Part shown: positions 12,651 through 26,049 of the stretch, in pieces
Numbering within the stretch: the first letter of the stretch is position 1
Layout: the number at the start of each line of letters is the position of its first letter
NCBI RefSeq assembly: GCF_001194135.2
Contig: NC_068988.1
Span: forward strand, 45,636,903-45,685,687
DNA: 48,785 bases
Source of the DNA: Octopus bimaculoides
Taxonomy: Eukaryota
Direction: 5' to 3'
Made by a program: the position numbers and the translations under genes
Notes under the pieces: model-generated
Databases searched by the model: none
The model's input: only the letters and a program-made list of their open reading frames with translations
Told to the model about the DNA's origin: nothing

Positions 12651-13409
12651 GCTATTGTTTGGTACCAGATAATTTCTGTGTGGGTGAGCCTATTATCATA
12701 ATCATTCTATCCATAGATAGCTTATTTATTTTTTTTTTTTCTATATCAAGGACTATTTTATTCAAAGTGACTTTGTTAATTTTTAAGACAGAGGATGCAA
12801 TTTCAGTGATGTTTGGCTTCTATCTCCAGCTTGTTGAGTAATCAGACAAAGACTCCTCCTTCAACTTAAATAGCATTTGTTGGAGATCTGAACTCTACAA
12901 CTATATATGTACAATCTCTGGAACTCACTCAAATTCCTGTTGTCACAGATATTTGCTATTGTGAATGTGACACCCCAAGTAGTAGACATACTTTTAGACA
13001 TTATTCCAGTTAAAATGAGTTGCTGTAAACAATTTCTTTGTAATATTTGAAATATTTCAGTCAGTAACTGAATTAAAATTATACATTTGAAAGCTTGCAT
13101 CAAAACTTGTCTGCTCTATACAAGCAAGCTTTAGACAATAATAAAGACACTGCAACAAGAAGTGACAGACATTGCTCTGCTTTATTATTCACACTTGCAC
13201 CTCATTTGCCATGAAAATTAAATTATAGAATGTTAATTGCAAAGTGCACATTTTTTATGTAGATAGTGGTGTTTGCTAAAAGAAGTAAACAATTCTGATT
13301 GGAAATACTTTGAAAAGAATAAACAACTTCATTTTTGAATCATAGAAATAATGTTATAGAGCCTTATTGTATTGAAAGTGCAGGATCTTGATGTAGGGTA
13401 ACTGTTAAC

Positions 13410-13660
13410 CAGTGGCGAACTGGGTCTAAAGATATTGGTTGCCAGGAGACTATGGAGGCCCACCTGCAACCACAATGCTATCATTTAATTTTTGTTTTGT
13501 TAAAAGTATTCTTTTCAACTGTCTACAAACACAGCCAGCCTGAAATAATTAATGCATTCTCAAACTCGTGGGGTCGGGACCCTTAGATACTAACATGGGC
13601 CTCCATATATGGATTCTAATGGTGCAGAGGCAAGCTGGTAACCTGGCCAGTCCGCCACTG
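13410..13660. mobile_element. hAT-type MITE (251 bp)
   Basis: TIRs CAGTGGCGAACTGG / CCAGTCCGCCACTG (13 of 14 match). Degenerate 8-bp TSD CTGTTAAC / CTGTTGAT. Confidence 0.8.
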
Positions 13661-14106
13661 CTGTTGATGTTAACATAGATGAGGACTATGGTGAAAGCAG
13701 AGTGACCAGAGTTGAGTACACAGCATCCCCTGAGTCATGGTCTATTTCTTATGAAAATGGAATATGTTGAAGAAGAGTAAGTTATAAACTCAATTTTCTA
13801 TGATTCCAGTTCATCTAACTAACTATAACACCCATTATCATGAATAATTATCCCACCACTGATTTCCATGTCTTATTTGATCTGCCTTTAATATGGGCGT
13901 CACCCACTGACAACTCAGCAATTTGTCTAAAGCCTACTTGTATAGACTGCAAGCATGGCTGTGCAGTTGAAACATTTGCATTGCAGCCATGTAGTTTTAG
14001 TTTCAAGCCTCACAGAGTAGCATCATGGTAAACCATATTCTACTATATCCTTGAACTGGCCGAAACCTTGAGAGCATGTTGTTAGACAAAAATTGAAAAA
14101 AGACGA

Positions 14107-14207
<101 letters not shown>

Positions 14208-14959
14208 GTGTGCGTGTGTGTGTGTTTGTGCTTCTTGATATTACAGGACTGTTGTAAATGAGCATTACCATCATACAAGCTATGCCATTTGTTTTCAGTC
14301 TTACATTAAAAAGCACCTGGTTATCTGGGTTGGTGACGGGCAACAAAAAAGAGAAAATAGGGGTGAATGATTTCTGCCTCACCCATGCAAGCATTAAAAG
14401 TGGACAAGAAAACAATGATGATGGTGGTATACTTACACAAGTTTATGTGTGTGTAAGCATGTATGACTGTGTATTTATTAATGTTTGTCCTTTTCCAAAA
14501 GATCATTGAGCAAGAAGCAGTGATGTTGCTGTCATTTCTTTATCAAAACATCATTTGCGGGTTTTGTAGCTTTGAAAACAAGTAAAATAAGAGAAACCTT
14601 ACTTAGAAACCAGTTAGGAGTAAGAAACAGAAACAAAAATCTAACAATAAAACAATACCATGTGTAACCCAAGCTACAAGGAGAAAAAACAAATTCATAG
14701 GAAAACGCTCCCTTTTGCAATTTTTCACCATACATTCACCTTTTATTCAGAAATCAGTTCATATGTTTATAATTGAGAACTAAATCGAATTTTCTTCTTT
14801 TTTTATGTCTAAATCTGAGTTACATCTATGTAAACAATATTTTTTTTTATTCTGCTAGCTACTTGTAGACATAGTTACATCTATTTCTTTGCACCCATGT
14901 CTTATTGTAGTAGAACTGTGTCTACAGATAAACATAGAGTACATATATCTATATATTGC

Positions 14960-15221
14960 TACTTGTGTATGTAATTATTAGTATGTGCATATATGTGCTT
15001 GTGCGTGTGTATGTGTGTGTATGTGTGTGTGTTCACATGTGTTAGTATCGGTGTATGTGTGTACGTGTGTGCATGTGAGTGTGAATATGTTTGTTTGAAT
15101 AGGTCTGCTGCTCTATATATTTCAATAATGTCTGGGAATGTGTATATACACACACATATAATTAAGTGTGTGGTATGTATGAATGTATGTATGTATATAT
15201 GTATGTATATATGCGTATGTA

Positions 15222-15310
<89 letters not shown>

Positions 15311-15342
15311 ATATATACCACAGACACTTAAATATATGTGTA

Positions 15343-15381
<39 letters not shown>

Positions 15382-15680
15382 GTATGTATTTATGCATGTA
15401 TATATATACAAAGAGAGAGAGAGAGAGTGAGAGAGAGATACGAATAAGGGTGTATGCACATCCAGACATAACAGAAATGCATACAGCACCAAACCTATTT
15501 CAGCACACACACACACACACTCTCTCATATAGCTCTGTGAGTGTGTGTTTGTATATTTGTGAATATATGTACATTTGAATATGTATATATGTATGTAAAT
15601 ATTTGTATATATATATATATTTATAGGTATGTATATATGCATGTGGATATATATATGGGTCTGTGTGTATATATATATGG

Positions 15681-15743
<63 letters not shown>

Positions 15744-16358
15744 TGTATGTATGTACATAAATATATATATGACTGCTTGTATATTATATACATAAATATG
15801 AGTGTGTGTGTATGTGTGTGCGTGTGTGTGTATGTACATAAATATATATATGCCTGCTTGTGTATGATATATGTATGTATATATATCTGAGTTTGTGTAT
15901 GTGTAAGCAAATCTGCACACACACACACACAGATACACTCACAAAGACCCACCTTACTCTGTACATATGTACTTTATCTCTATTCAATGGTAGTCATTAG
16001 CAGCCATGGATAGGTGCAGAGAGGTAAATATCTGCAAAGACATAAAACATCAAACAGGCAATATTTATACACACGTTTGTTTAATACAGCTAAACTCTGT
16101 TTTTATTTGTTTGCATACACATAAATAGACACACATACACATGCACACACACACACACACACACATGTGCACACATACACATATCTTTGCCTGCATAAAA
16201 ATATATACGGTGGTGTATATATATTTTCACAAACACATATAAGCATATGTGAACAAATGTCTGTGAATGTGTAAATTTAAAGATATACAAACATACATAA
16301 ATACACACATACACACATAAATACATTCATACAAGAATACATACATACACACACATAC

Positions 16359-16389
<31 letters not shown>

Positions 16390-16420
16390 CACATACATAC
16401 ATATATAAATACATACATAT
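14960..16420. repeat. Compound microsatellite field (TA/CA/GT/GA/TATG)
   Basis: Seen directly. It produces the many H/T/Y/I/V/C-rich spurious ORFs. Confidence 0.95.
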
Positions 16421-16723
16421 ACATATTTTATTGGAAGATGCATCTTCCTAAATCATTATATTGTATATCACATTGTCGATTTTTGGACAATTGTTATTCT
16501 ACATGATTGCCAGCAAAAAATACTCAGAGTAACAATTTGAAAAGTTGTAAATAATATCTATGTCATATCGATAAATAATATCTCTGAACTTTGAGTATAG
16601 AATACTCTTTCTTTCTTCTTCTTCTTTGCACTTGTGTGTCCACATGTCTCTCTCTTTCTCTCTCTCTCTTTGTTTTCTCTCTCCATCCTCCCTCTCTCCC
16701 TGCTTCTCTCTTTCTCTCTATGC

Positions 16724-16757
<34 letters not shown>

Positions 16758-16799
16758 GTATATATATACATGTATACACACACACACGTATATACATCT

Positions 16800-16960
16800 T
16801 TTTTGTTCTATTTGTTTCAGTTATTTGACTGTGTCCATGCTGGAGCACTGCCTTGAAGGGTTTTTGTAGTCAAACAAAACAACATCAGGTCTTAATTTTT
16901 ATGCCTAGTACTTATTCCATCAGTCTCTTATTGTATATTCTTTTATTATTTTACTTGTTT
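16800..16960 (-). mobile_element. SINE family A 3' fragment
   Basis: Reverse complement of the ctccagcatgg...caaatgactgaaacaa tail. Confidence 0.7.
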
Positions 16961-17025
16961 TAGTCAATTGGTCTTGAACGATGTCATCCCTATGGCTAGG
17001 CAGACAGGCCAACATTTTCTCTGAA

Positions 17026-18392
17026 CAGTTGTCAAGCACTCAACTCAACTGTCAGTTAATAAATTTTGAAATCTGATGATTACTACAAACGTATGAAAGT
17101 GTTAATTGAATCTTATGAACATTGCAAAATATTTCTTTCATGTTTAACACACTTCAACATTGTAAAAAAATTTCTTTAAAATACAATATTAAAAAAGACG
17201 TGAAAACCAGACCATGTTGTAACTTTATTCAAGTGATATATTATTCGATACACATTTATGCAAATTTGGAAAAAAGAAAAAAATATATATATGTACATAT
17301 ATATATATATTTAATTATATGCATACATATATACATATATGCACATATATATATATACACACACACACATACATGTGTGTGTGTATGCGTAAGTGTGAGT
17401 GAGTGTGTGTGTGTGTGTGTGTTTGTGTGTGGTGGAGAGATGGTCAAATAGGTAAACAGAATAAACAGGGAGAGCATACTCTGCAACGTGGGTTGTTGTT
17501 GTTTTCACCATTAGCAACTAATTAGTGTTTAAGAAGGAACCTAATCTTTACATTATTAATATGTGGTCACGATGAAAAATGCCTGCCTTTCCAAAACCAA
17601 GTCTCCCATGGAAGTCAATGCTTTTCTATATTAGTGCCATGTGGAGTTATCCCCTTCTTCCATATGCCATTTTTCGTTGCACTAGTTAATTTTGCTGACT
17701 ATTCCCCAGCTCTACATGTGTTAGTGTATAACACATTATATCTCACAACTACATACATAATATCATGAGGTAAATTATTGCCTGTTATCTGTCAACAATC
17801 ATCTGGACACTGAACTGCTAAAGCTGCTACAAGTTTTATATATGACCCACATTAATGCATTGTCGAATAATATGAGATTTCATTTCATCATATTTTCATG
17901 AAAAAATACTCATTCAAAAATCAAATTAATGTAAGAAATAAATGAGTACAAAAAAAACAAAAATGATGACATTTTCTTAGTTGATTTTATGTTTCCAGAA
18001 TAAGCAATTATTTTGAGAATAGCTTAAAAATGGATCAGTTTTTATTTTTATTTGAAATGGAAACATGAACAGTTGAAGATACATCTGCAAATAAAGAAAT
18101 AATCTTTGTAGTGCCGTATTGCTAATATATAGTTACTCAGTGTTCCATATTTATTTTCACTCATGTGTATAGAATAATATATCACTTGAATAATGTTACA
18201 ACATGGTCTGGTTTTCACGTCTTTTTTATTATTGTAGTTAAAACATTTTTTTTTACTATGTTGAAGTGTGTTAAACATGAAAGAAATATTTTGCAATGCT
18301 CATAAGATTCAATTAATGCTTTCATACGTTTGTAGTAATCATCAGATTTCAAAATTTATTAACTGGCAGCTGAGTTGAGTGCTTGACAACTG
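17026..18392. mobile_element. Inverted pair of ~230-bp repeats (17026-17255 and 18163-18392), long-TIR DNA-transposon-like
   Basis: Arms are about 93-94% identical by eye, with termini CAGTTG...CAACTG and TA at the right flank. A third, more diverged copy lies at 19038-19217. Confidence 0.65.
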
Positions 18393-18711
18393 TAGTAAAA
18401 TTACTGACTTCCTTTTTATACCTTTTAAAAGGTTCTGACAAACTGAATTTTTCGATTACGGTTTTTACCAATCAGCATGCATCTTAAACATCATGTTTTG
18501 CCAGACGCACTAATATTACTGACATTAATTCCACCTTTATTTTAACCAATTACCTTGCAGTTTACATGTAATGAATTTATGAGTGATCAAACTTAGTTGG
18601 TTTCAATCAGTTTTATTCCAATCGGTGGGAGTCTTCTGCAATTTGCTTATATTCATATGTTAAAGATATTTTTAATCCATATCATGAAGTGGTTGTCATA
18701 TTATTGTTGTT

Positions 18712-19000
18712 ATTTCCGTTCAGAACAGGTTTGAACATTTTATTAAAACATTTTTCTTTTATCTTTCTTTCAACCTTACTAGTGTTATGTAGTTGTGGAA
18801 AGGATAAATTAGAAATATTTTCTAACCACATGTTTCTATATGTTTACTCAATGAAATCTGGTGAACATTAGTCTTCCGGATTTGTTGTCTGTGAACTCAT
18901 GAGCATTCCAGCATGCATTCTCTGTCTCGCCAATATACAGTTCCTAGCAATTAGGGCATTTAATGCAGTAGATCAAAAATTCAGCTTTTCGGAGCCTTCT
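18712..19000 (-). mobile_element. Penelope-like element GIY-YIG endonuclease remnant
   Basis: Translation LIYCIKCPNC*ELYIGET...VHRQQIRK...LSKHIETCG...KMFKPVLN. An upstream part may continue at 19240-19640 (YLPISIARML, DGYP). Confidence 0.8.
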
Positions 19001-19972
19001 AAAATGTGTAAAAAGGAACAAGTCAGTCATTTAACTACAGTTGCCAAGCACTCATCTCAACTATCAATTAATACAGTTTCAAAACTGATGATTACAACAA
19101 ACATATGAAAGTATTTACTGAACTTTATGAACATTACAAAATAATTTTTAATGTTTAACACTCTTCAACATTGTAAAAAACTTTTCAAAAATACAATAAT
19201 AAAAAATGTGAAAATCATGCGCAACATATGTAATTCAACATATGTTTGTGTTACAGATAGAGTATATGCATATTATTGGCTTCAGAGAGTTTTATGACAA
19301 ATATTCGACATAACGAGAGTCTAGATTGGGCCTCACTTATGTCTAGCTTTTTGAATGGTGGTTGTGGTAATCTCATCAAGTTATGGTATTCTTGTGGTTG
19401 CTCAGTATTTTACATTGTGAACATGTATAAGGTGATTGAATGTTGTGTGGGTATCCATCAATTTTCCAAAATTTCTAGAAATTTAATGCCTTTATGAGCC
19501 ACTGAGTAGTTCATAGTTTTTAGATGGCCTTTTGTGTTACAATTTAACTTTTGCTGATATAAGCATTCTAGCTATAGAAATTGGGAGATACATTGGTTTA
19601 TTCATATATATAAAGTGTGATACAACATGCTTATGCTCTACAGGCAAAAGGAAGACAAGGTGAAAGGTAAGACTTAAAATACGGAAATTACAGATGTTTG
19701 GCTGAAAAGCCTCAGTGTTGACTGGGTTTTCCTCCTGATTATGCAAACACTTCCTTCAATCCCTTTGAAATCAATAAAAATAAAGCCAGCCATGTGTTAA
19801 GGTAGATTTAAATGCTGATACACTTACGTGACAAATTTATAACATTCCGTCAATATCTGAAATTGTTTTATATATCTCAGCATTCTTCTATTTTATAAAA
19901 AAAAAATAATGGCTATTTTAATCATTTTCTTTAAATGAATTTTAGGAAGTTTTTTTTTTATTTTGATTAAGC

Positions 19973-20424
19973 TATTGGTATAATTTTTTTCTGTCTCTTT
20001 CAATTGTTGGATTTTCATTATAAAATTTCGAAGTTTTTCATGCTTTTCATCTGTGTGTGATTATCTTCTTTTATTTAATTTTTTTTTCACACAGAGCTTT
20101 CTTTCATTGCCAACAAAAATGTTGAAATTATGTAAAAAAAAAAAAAAAATATTGAGCACTAAAATTTTTATTCAATTTCCAATGTAAAAAAATTGTTTAA
20201 CTGGTAAAATATTCAACTATATTTTCTGGTTCTGTTTTTGTTTTTTTAATAACCTAGACTGATAGAAATTAATGAAAGCATGTATCGTTAGACTTCTTTA
20301 GTTTCAGGCCAACCTTAACTGAACAGGTATTGGTATGATTTTCTTCTGTCTCTTTCAATTGTTGGATTTTCATTACAAAATTTCGAAGTTTTTCATGCTT
20401 CTCATCTGTGTGTGATTATCTTCT
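19973..20424. repeat. Local 97-bp direct duplication (19973-20069 and 20328-20424)
   Basis: 4 mismatches in 97 bp by manual alignment. Confidence 0.9.
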
Positions 20425-21114
20425 ATCCACAACCGTATCATCATTTTAAATGTAACTTGAGCTATGTTTATCTCTTGTTTTTCCTGTTATAAGTGACATC
20501 TTATATTTATCAGCACTAATGCCTCACTGAACTCTATTGTGTATTTGATCTTGCAAAGTGGAATAAATCATTTCCAGGAAATCATTTGCTATCCTCTTGG
20601 TTCATTTCTATGTTTCTCTGTCTTTGAATTTGCTTGTGTCTTTGTTCATGACAATTTTACTCATTAATCTCCCCAGTGTTCTTTAAAATGTATTCATAGG
20701 GCAACAACCAAAATGTTTTCTTTTCTGTCAACAAAAAAAAAAAGACATAACAAAGAGAGGTGGTAACAATATTGCAGAAGAATAGTAAAATAAATCTAAA
20801 AAGAAAAATAAACATTCTTAATATTGGGAAAATATAATTGTGTTGTCAGCATAGCAAGCAATGGTAGCACTTTCATATTTCATAAATACAAGCAACAAGA
20901 CTCAAAGCAAATAAAGTCAATCATGATATTCAATTGATACTGATCCTATCACTAGTAAAGAATAAAGAAAAGAGTTCCAGTTAAGATTTGGACACTGGCA
21001 TACACTGGATGACCTAATATATGCTGGACAACAATTTAAGCAAAGGCAATGTTTCATTCCTGCTGACTGAATAAGAGGAAATAAGCAGGTTTATAATTAC
21101 TGTACAAGGATAAG

Positions 21115-21262
21115 GCAGGGAGCTGGTAGAATCGTTACTATGCTGGGGAGAATGCTTGGTGGCAATTTGTACTGACTTTATGTTCTGAGTTCAAATGCTG
21201 TCAGGGCAAACCTCATCTGTCATCCTTAAATTAAGTACCATTTGAACACTGGGGTCAATGTA
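21115..21262 (+). mobile_element. Decayed SINE family B fragment
   Basis: ggcagggagctggtagaatcgttac...gttctgagttcaaat...aagtacca motif shared with 39908-40142. Confidence 0.75.
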
Positions 21263-22605
21263 ACTTGGCCTGAATATTCTACTGATGAATAACAACAATT
21301 GTTGTGAGTAAAATGAAAAAAAAGATAATTTTGAATGTTGTTAATTTTTCATCTAAGATATCAGCATCCTTAAATCATAGGATTAATTTGGGAATCTAAC
21401 TACAAAAATGTGTCAAGTAAATTACCAATGTAAAACTTCCATGACTCAAACTTTATCTAAATTTGGAGCCACCTCTCACCCTAAAAAGGAACTACTGCTC
21501 TCCAACCAGTCTTCAAATGGATGTTTGTCTCACATCTTAAACACCTGTAGAAGATTGTTTACCTAGCTCCCTAAATGCCATTGTTAAAAATGTGTGTGTG
21601 TCAAGCTTTCTAAACCCAGTTTCTTAAATCATTAACAAAACAGATTTTGTCCTAATTTTAATTTAGGTTATTACCAGTGCAAATATGCTTGAGGCAAATA
21701 CACATTACTGTTTAGCCCAGCCACCCACTAATTTGCCTAATTTAGAATACTGAACTCTGGGATCACCTGCTAAACCATTATCTATCTGAAGCAGAAAGTT
21801 CATCCACTTAATACATCCTTGCATCACAATTTGTATTTTTCTTCCTTTAAACTTGAGTCAAATATATTTACAGGATGTCTAATAGAATTTGAAACTACAG
21901 AGGAAAAAGGCCAATTTGGAACTGGGGAAGAAAATCTGTCTCTACATGGTTTCTCAGTTTGCTTGACATAGAAGTCAAATCTCCTCTCAAATTTCATCTT
22001 ACTGTTTAAAAGGGAATGGAAAGATATTTTAGATAATATGGCTCTATTTATATTATACTTAAAAAAAAGAACTAAGCAAAAACGATGGGATGTCATTGCT
22101 GAAATGTTTAAGAACGTTGAATTAAGCAAAGTAGACAAATGACACACAGAACAAATGGAAAATAACTGTCCAAGCAACAAAAAAAAACAAACCAAAACAC
22201 AAACAAAAAAAGAACTAACAGATTCATAACTAACCCCAAAAATGTAATACAATAAAATGAAATATTAAGTTGTCACTGCATTGGTGAAATTTCCAGAATA
22301 TATCTGCTATGGAGATTTATATATATACGGTTAAGTAGGTAGTTTATGTCAACTAGCTCTTGCTACAATAACGATCTTAGTATAACGACATTTTTTACTG
22401 TTAAATACATGAGTGAAGACCAGAATTTTCATTACTTTTTATGTTTCCTTTTTGGTCAGTCAATGGTACAGATACAGTCGTTGATACAGATTATGTTGTA
22501 AAAAAAAAAGAGAGTTTAACATGGGAAAATCTTTTGAATATGATTGGTAGAGAAAATTGATACCTGTCACTTGTAATATCTTCTTTATAATCTGATGCAA
22601 TATAA

Positions 22606-22644
<39 letters not shown>

Positions 22645-22654
<10 letters not shown>

Positions 22655-23020
22655 TATGGTGAATGTCTACTCCTTAGGCAGAGTCTGACCACCTCTTGCA
22701 CCTACACCTTAGATCTATCATGGCGTCTGTTGTGGCTTTTTAAACCCGAAAATGTATTGAAAAGACACCCACATAGATTGCATATCTGATTTGGACCACC
22801 AAGAGCTTCAGTTAAGTTTACATTTTTGTGGATCTTAAAATGTCTTTTGAGGTCTCCATACGGCATTGAAAGGTGTGCACAAACAGATATATAGGCAGAA
22901 TAGTTGGTGGAGGTCTGTTTTTCATGGGTCGGCAAATGTAATTTGAGCTCAGCAAAAAAAGGTATAGTTTGTCACAAATTGTGCCCATAAAAGGTCACTG
23001 AGATTCATCTTCTTGATCAC
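22645..23020 (-). mobile_element. RTE-type LINE 3' end with C2H2-like fingers
   Basis: ORF ends ...GDLKRHFKIH...CNLCGCLFNTFSGLKSHNRRHDRSKV*, followed by a short UTR and a (TA)-type tail; 5'-truncated. Confidence 0.7.
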
Positions 23021-23104
23021 AACATTTTTCTTAAATATATACATATATATAGATGTACTCATGCACACACACACTCAAACACACACACACACACACACAT
23101 ATAT

Positions 23105-23453
23105 ATAGCAGGAGGAGGAGACCCCCTTCGGTCATGAATGATCATGGGATTGCACCTAAAAAGTTACCCTCCAAGGCACAAGTTTGGGCAAGGCTGTTAT
23201 TGGGAGACAAGCAGTCACCCATGCATACCAGCCTCCCCTCTCCACACCACTAATGTTATCCAAAGGAAAGGCAAAGGCCAATACAGCTTGGCACCAGTGA
23301 TGTCACAATTCATTTCTATAGCTGAGTTAACTGGAGCAATGTGAAATAAAGTGTCTTGCTCAAGAACACAGCATGCAGCTTGGTCTAGGAATCGAACTCA
23401 CAACCTCATGATCGTAAGCTCGATGCTCTAACTACTGAGCCATGTGCCTTCAC
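23105..23453 (-). mobile_element. tRNA-derived SINE (family C type head)
   Basis: Head catggctcagtagttagagc...gagttcgattcc, then tgtgttcttgagcaagacacttta. Confidence 0.85.
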
Positions 23454-23458
23454 ACACA

Positions 23459-23491
<33 letters not shown>

Positions 23492-23519
23492 GCATACATA
23501 TATATATATCATATATGCA

Positions 23520-24434
23520 CTAGCAATGCACCCTGACATTGCCCGGGTGTTATGACCTACAGCCACATTGTATTATTTGTTCCCTTCTTATGAGCAGGAT
23601 TGGCACACGAGGAGTATGAAGCAAACAATTTTTCTTTATAAATATGTTCTTTGGTCATTTTCTGATGAACAATTCTGCAGTTTCCATCTACCAAATTCAG
23701 TCACAAATCTGTGGTTGGCCTAGGGCTATAGTAGAAAACACTCACCCAAGATATCATGCAGAGGGACTGAACGTGGAATCATGTGGTTGGGAAGCAAACT
23801 TCTCAACTATACAGTCATTCTTGCACCTAACATATGTGTGTATGTTTACATTTGTTGTTAAATTGAGTATTGTGTCCCACTATGTCTCAAAGTTAGCAGT
23901 TCATCAAGTAGAGATCTATAAGATAAATGCCAGAATGAAATACGTACTGAGGTCAGTATGATCAATTAAATGTTTGAAGGTGATACTCCATAAAAGCGTC
24001 AGTTGAAAGACTGAACCAGGTAAAATAATGTTTAATGACTTAATGGCTTCAAATTTAAGTTAATGGATTACTAACCACAAGATAATGAGTTCAAAAGTTT
24101 ATATTGAACTTCCACTCTATATGACAACACTATATGTAAATCTCAGTTTGCTTGACTTCCAACAATTAACAATTGTAATTTGAAGTTGAATGGTTAGCAG
24201 TAAGAAAGATATCCAAATTTCTTTAAAAATTATTGTGCAAAATATTCTGAGAAAAAGTATTTTGTTCACCACAACAAAACACGCATGAACACATGAACAC
24301 GTGCGTGCACACACACACACACACACACAGAAGTGTCTCTGTGATAACTTGAGCTGCTACAAATAGCAGCCAAATCTCTCTTAAAACATGTCCTTTCTTC
24401 AAAAGAAATACACAGATTTACAGTATTTCAGGAA

Positions 24435-24496
<62 letters not shown>

Positions 24497-24919
24497 GATG
24501 GGTCTGCTACATCAAAGGCAACTCTGGACTAAACAAAACACACACAAACATACTTCACATTAAAAGATTATCTACAAAATAATACTAATAAAGCTAACAG
24601 TATATCTTCAAAGTTTCATTTCCAAGTAAAACTCCATGTATTTTTAAAATTTTCTCATTATTCTCTAAACATTTTTAGGCCTTAGCCAAAGACCTCAAAA
24701 TTGTGCGACCCAACCTCGTTTTCGAGGTCATTTTTGTAGTAAAAATGATTTGGTGGCTGAAAGATTACTGAATCGTTTGAGACCTCATATGTCAAAATTG
24801 GTAAACTCAGTTTTCAAATCCATAAGGAATGTGCACATGCGTGGACACACACACACACACACGCGCATGCATATGCACACCCACACACACACATACAAAA
24901 ACTCTGTCATATATATAGA
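23520..24919 (-). mobile_element. Non-autonomous Helitron (~1.4 kb)
   Basis: On the minus strand: 5'-TC (24919) ... CTAG-3' (23520), inserted between A and T, with a degenerate subterminal hairpin (CACCC...GGGTG) just before CTAG. A second partial copy lies at 825-1570. Confidence 0.7.
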
Positions 24920-25056
24920 TAAACAATGATACAAGAGTTAAGGTTCACTACAGCTGTTTGAGATCTTTTCTTTATTGATGAAGAAAACGATTATATCATG
25001 TAAAAAAAAAAGTACTTTCTTCAGGTGAATTAGGAATAAAACTTAACATTTAGGAA

Positions 25057-25140
25057 TTTTCACACAAATAGTACATAATGCGTATTAACCTTAACCAAGG
25101 TGGTAGGGCCAATACGCATTATGTGGAATTTGTATGAAAA
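25057..25140. repeat. 30-bp-arm hairpin with an AACCTTAACC-containing loop
   Basis: Inner 14 bp ACATAATGCGTATT / AATACGCATTATGT is a perfect inverted repeat; outer arms are near-perfect; loop is 24 nt. Confidence 0.8.
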
Positions 25141-25249
25141 ATATTAACGGCTTGATTATAAAAAGGAATTCAACTCTATCCCCCATTCATGGCTGTTGAA
25201 GTATCTACATCTGGCAAAGATACCTACTACTTTAATTGCTGCTATAGAA

Positions 25250-25570
25250 AGAGACTCACAAAGACATGGACAACTATTCTTAGCCTTACAACTGAGAACA
25301 AAATAATTGTTTCTAACAGTATAGGCATTACAAAGGGAATATTCCAGGGAGATAGTCTTTCTGTACTTCTTTTCATTTTGGCACTGAAGCCATTATCATT
25401 CCATTCCTACTGCAAATGGTTAATGCCCGGATCTTCAACTGTCAGAAATATTAATGTAACTCATAGTTTCTTTCTAGATGACTTGAAGAATTAACAATGC
25501 CAAAAAACAACTGGAATTAATAAGAACATTTTCTGATTATATAGGTATGGAATTTGACCAAAAGAGATGT
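25250..25570 (+). mobile_element. Non-LTR reverse transcriptase fragment (R4/Dong-like, RLE-type)
   Basis: GIFQGDSLSVLLFILALKPLS...THSFFLDDLK...RTFSDYIGMEFDQKRC. Confidence 0.85.
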
Positions 25571-25711
25571 TCCTATTTGTGTTGTTGATATACATAATCA
25601 GTCCTTGTATTCACTCTATCTCTAAACATACCAAATCACATTTCTGTCAAGTGAATATGCTTTGCTGATGAGAACTAAAATCATTGAAATATGTCCTTTG
25701 CTTTCATTTAT

Positions 25712-26049
25712 TGACCCTGAAAGGGTGAAAGGCAAAGTTGACCTTGGCGGAATTTGAACTCAGAACGTAAAGACAGATGAAATACCGCTAAGCATTTCGC
25801 CCAGCCTGCTAACATTTCTTATTTCTTTATTGCCCACAAGGGGCTAAACATAGAGGGGACAAACAAAGACAGACAAACGGATTAAGTCGATTACATCGAC
25901 CCCAGTGCATAACTGGTACTTAATTTATCGACCCCGAAAGGATGAAAGGCAAAGTCAACCTCGGCGGAAGTTGAACTCAGAACATAATGGCAGACAAAAT
26001 ACCGCTAAGCATTTCACCCGGCATGCTACCGTTTCTGCCAGCTTGCCTC
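25712..26049 (-). mobile_element. Nested SINE family B pair: young copy 25816-26049 joined to the head of an older copy
   Basis: The young tail ...gggcaataaagaaataagaa directly abuts atgttagcaggctggg of the older head. Confidence 0.85.

Noticed and set aside
12751-13110. Plus-strand exon candidates (TILFKVTLL...; FVGDLNST...)
   Set aside because: The minus strand weakly resembles a decayed LINE RT C-terminus (KYVYYLG...RVQISNKCY), so the coding assignment is ambiguous.
14959-16869. Many overlapping H/T/Y/I/V/C-rich ORFs
   Set aside because: They are translations of dinucleotide microsatellites, which lack stop codons in several frames.
22702-22935. C2H2 zinc-finger host gene
   Set aside because: It is single-exon, 5'-truncated and followed by a short UTR and simple-repeat tail, consistent with an RTE-type LINE C-terminus.
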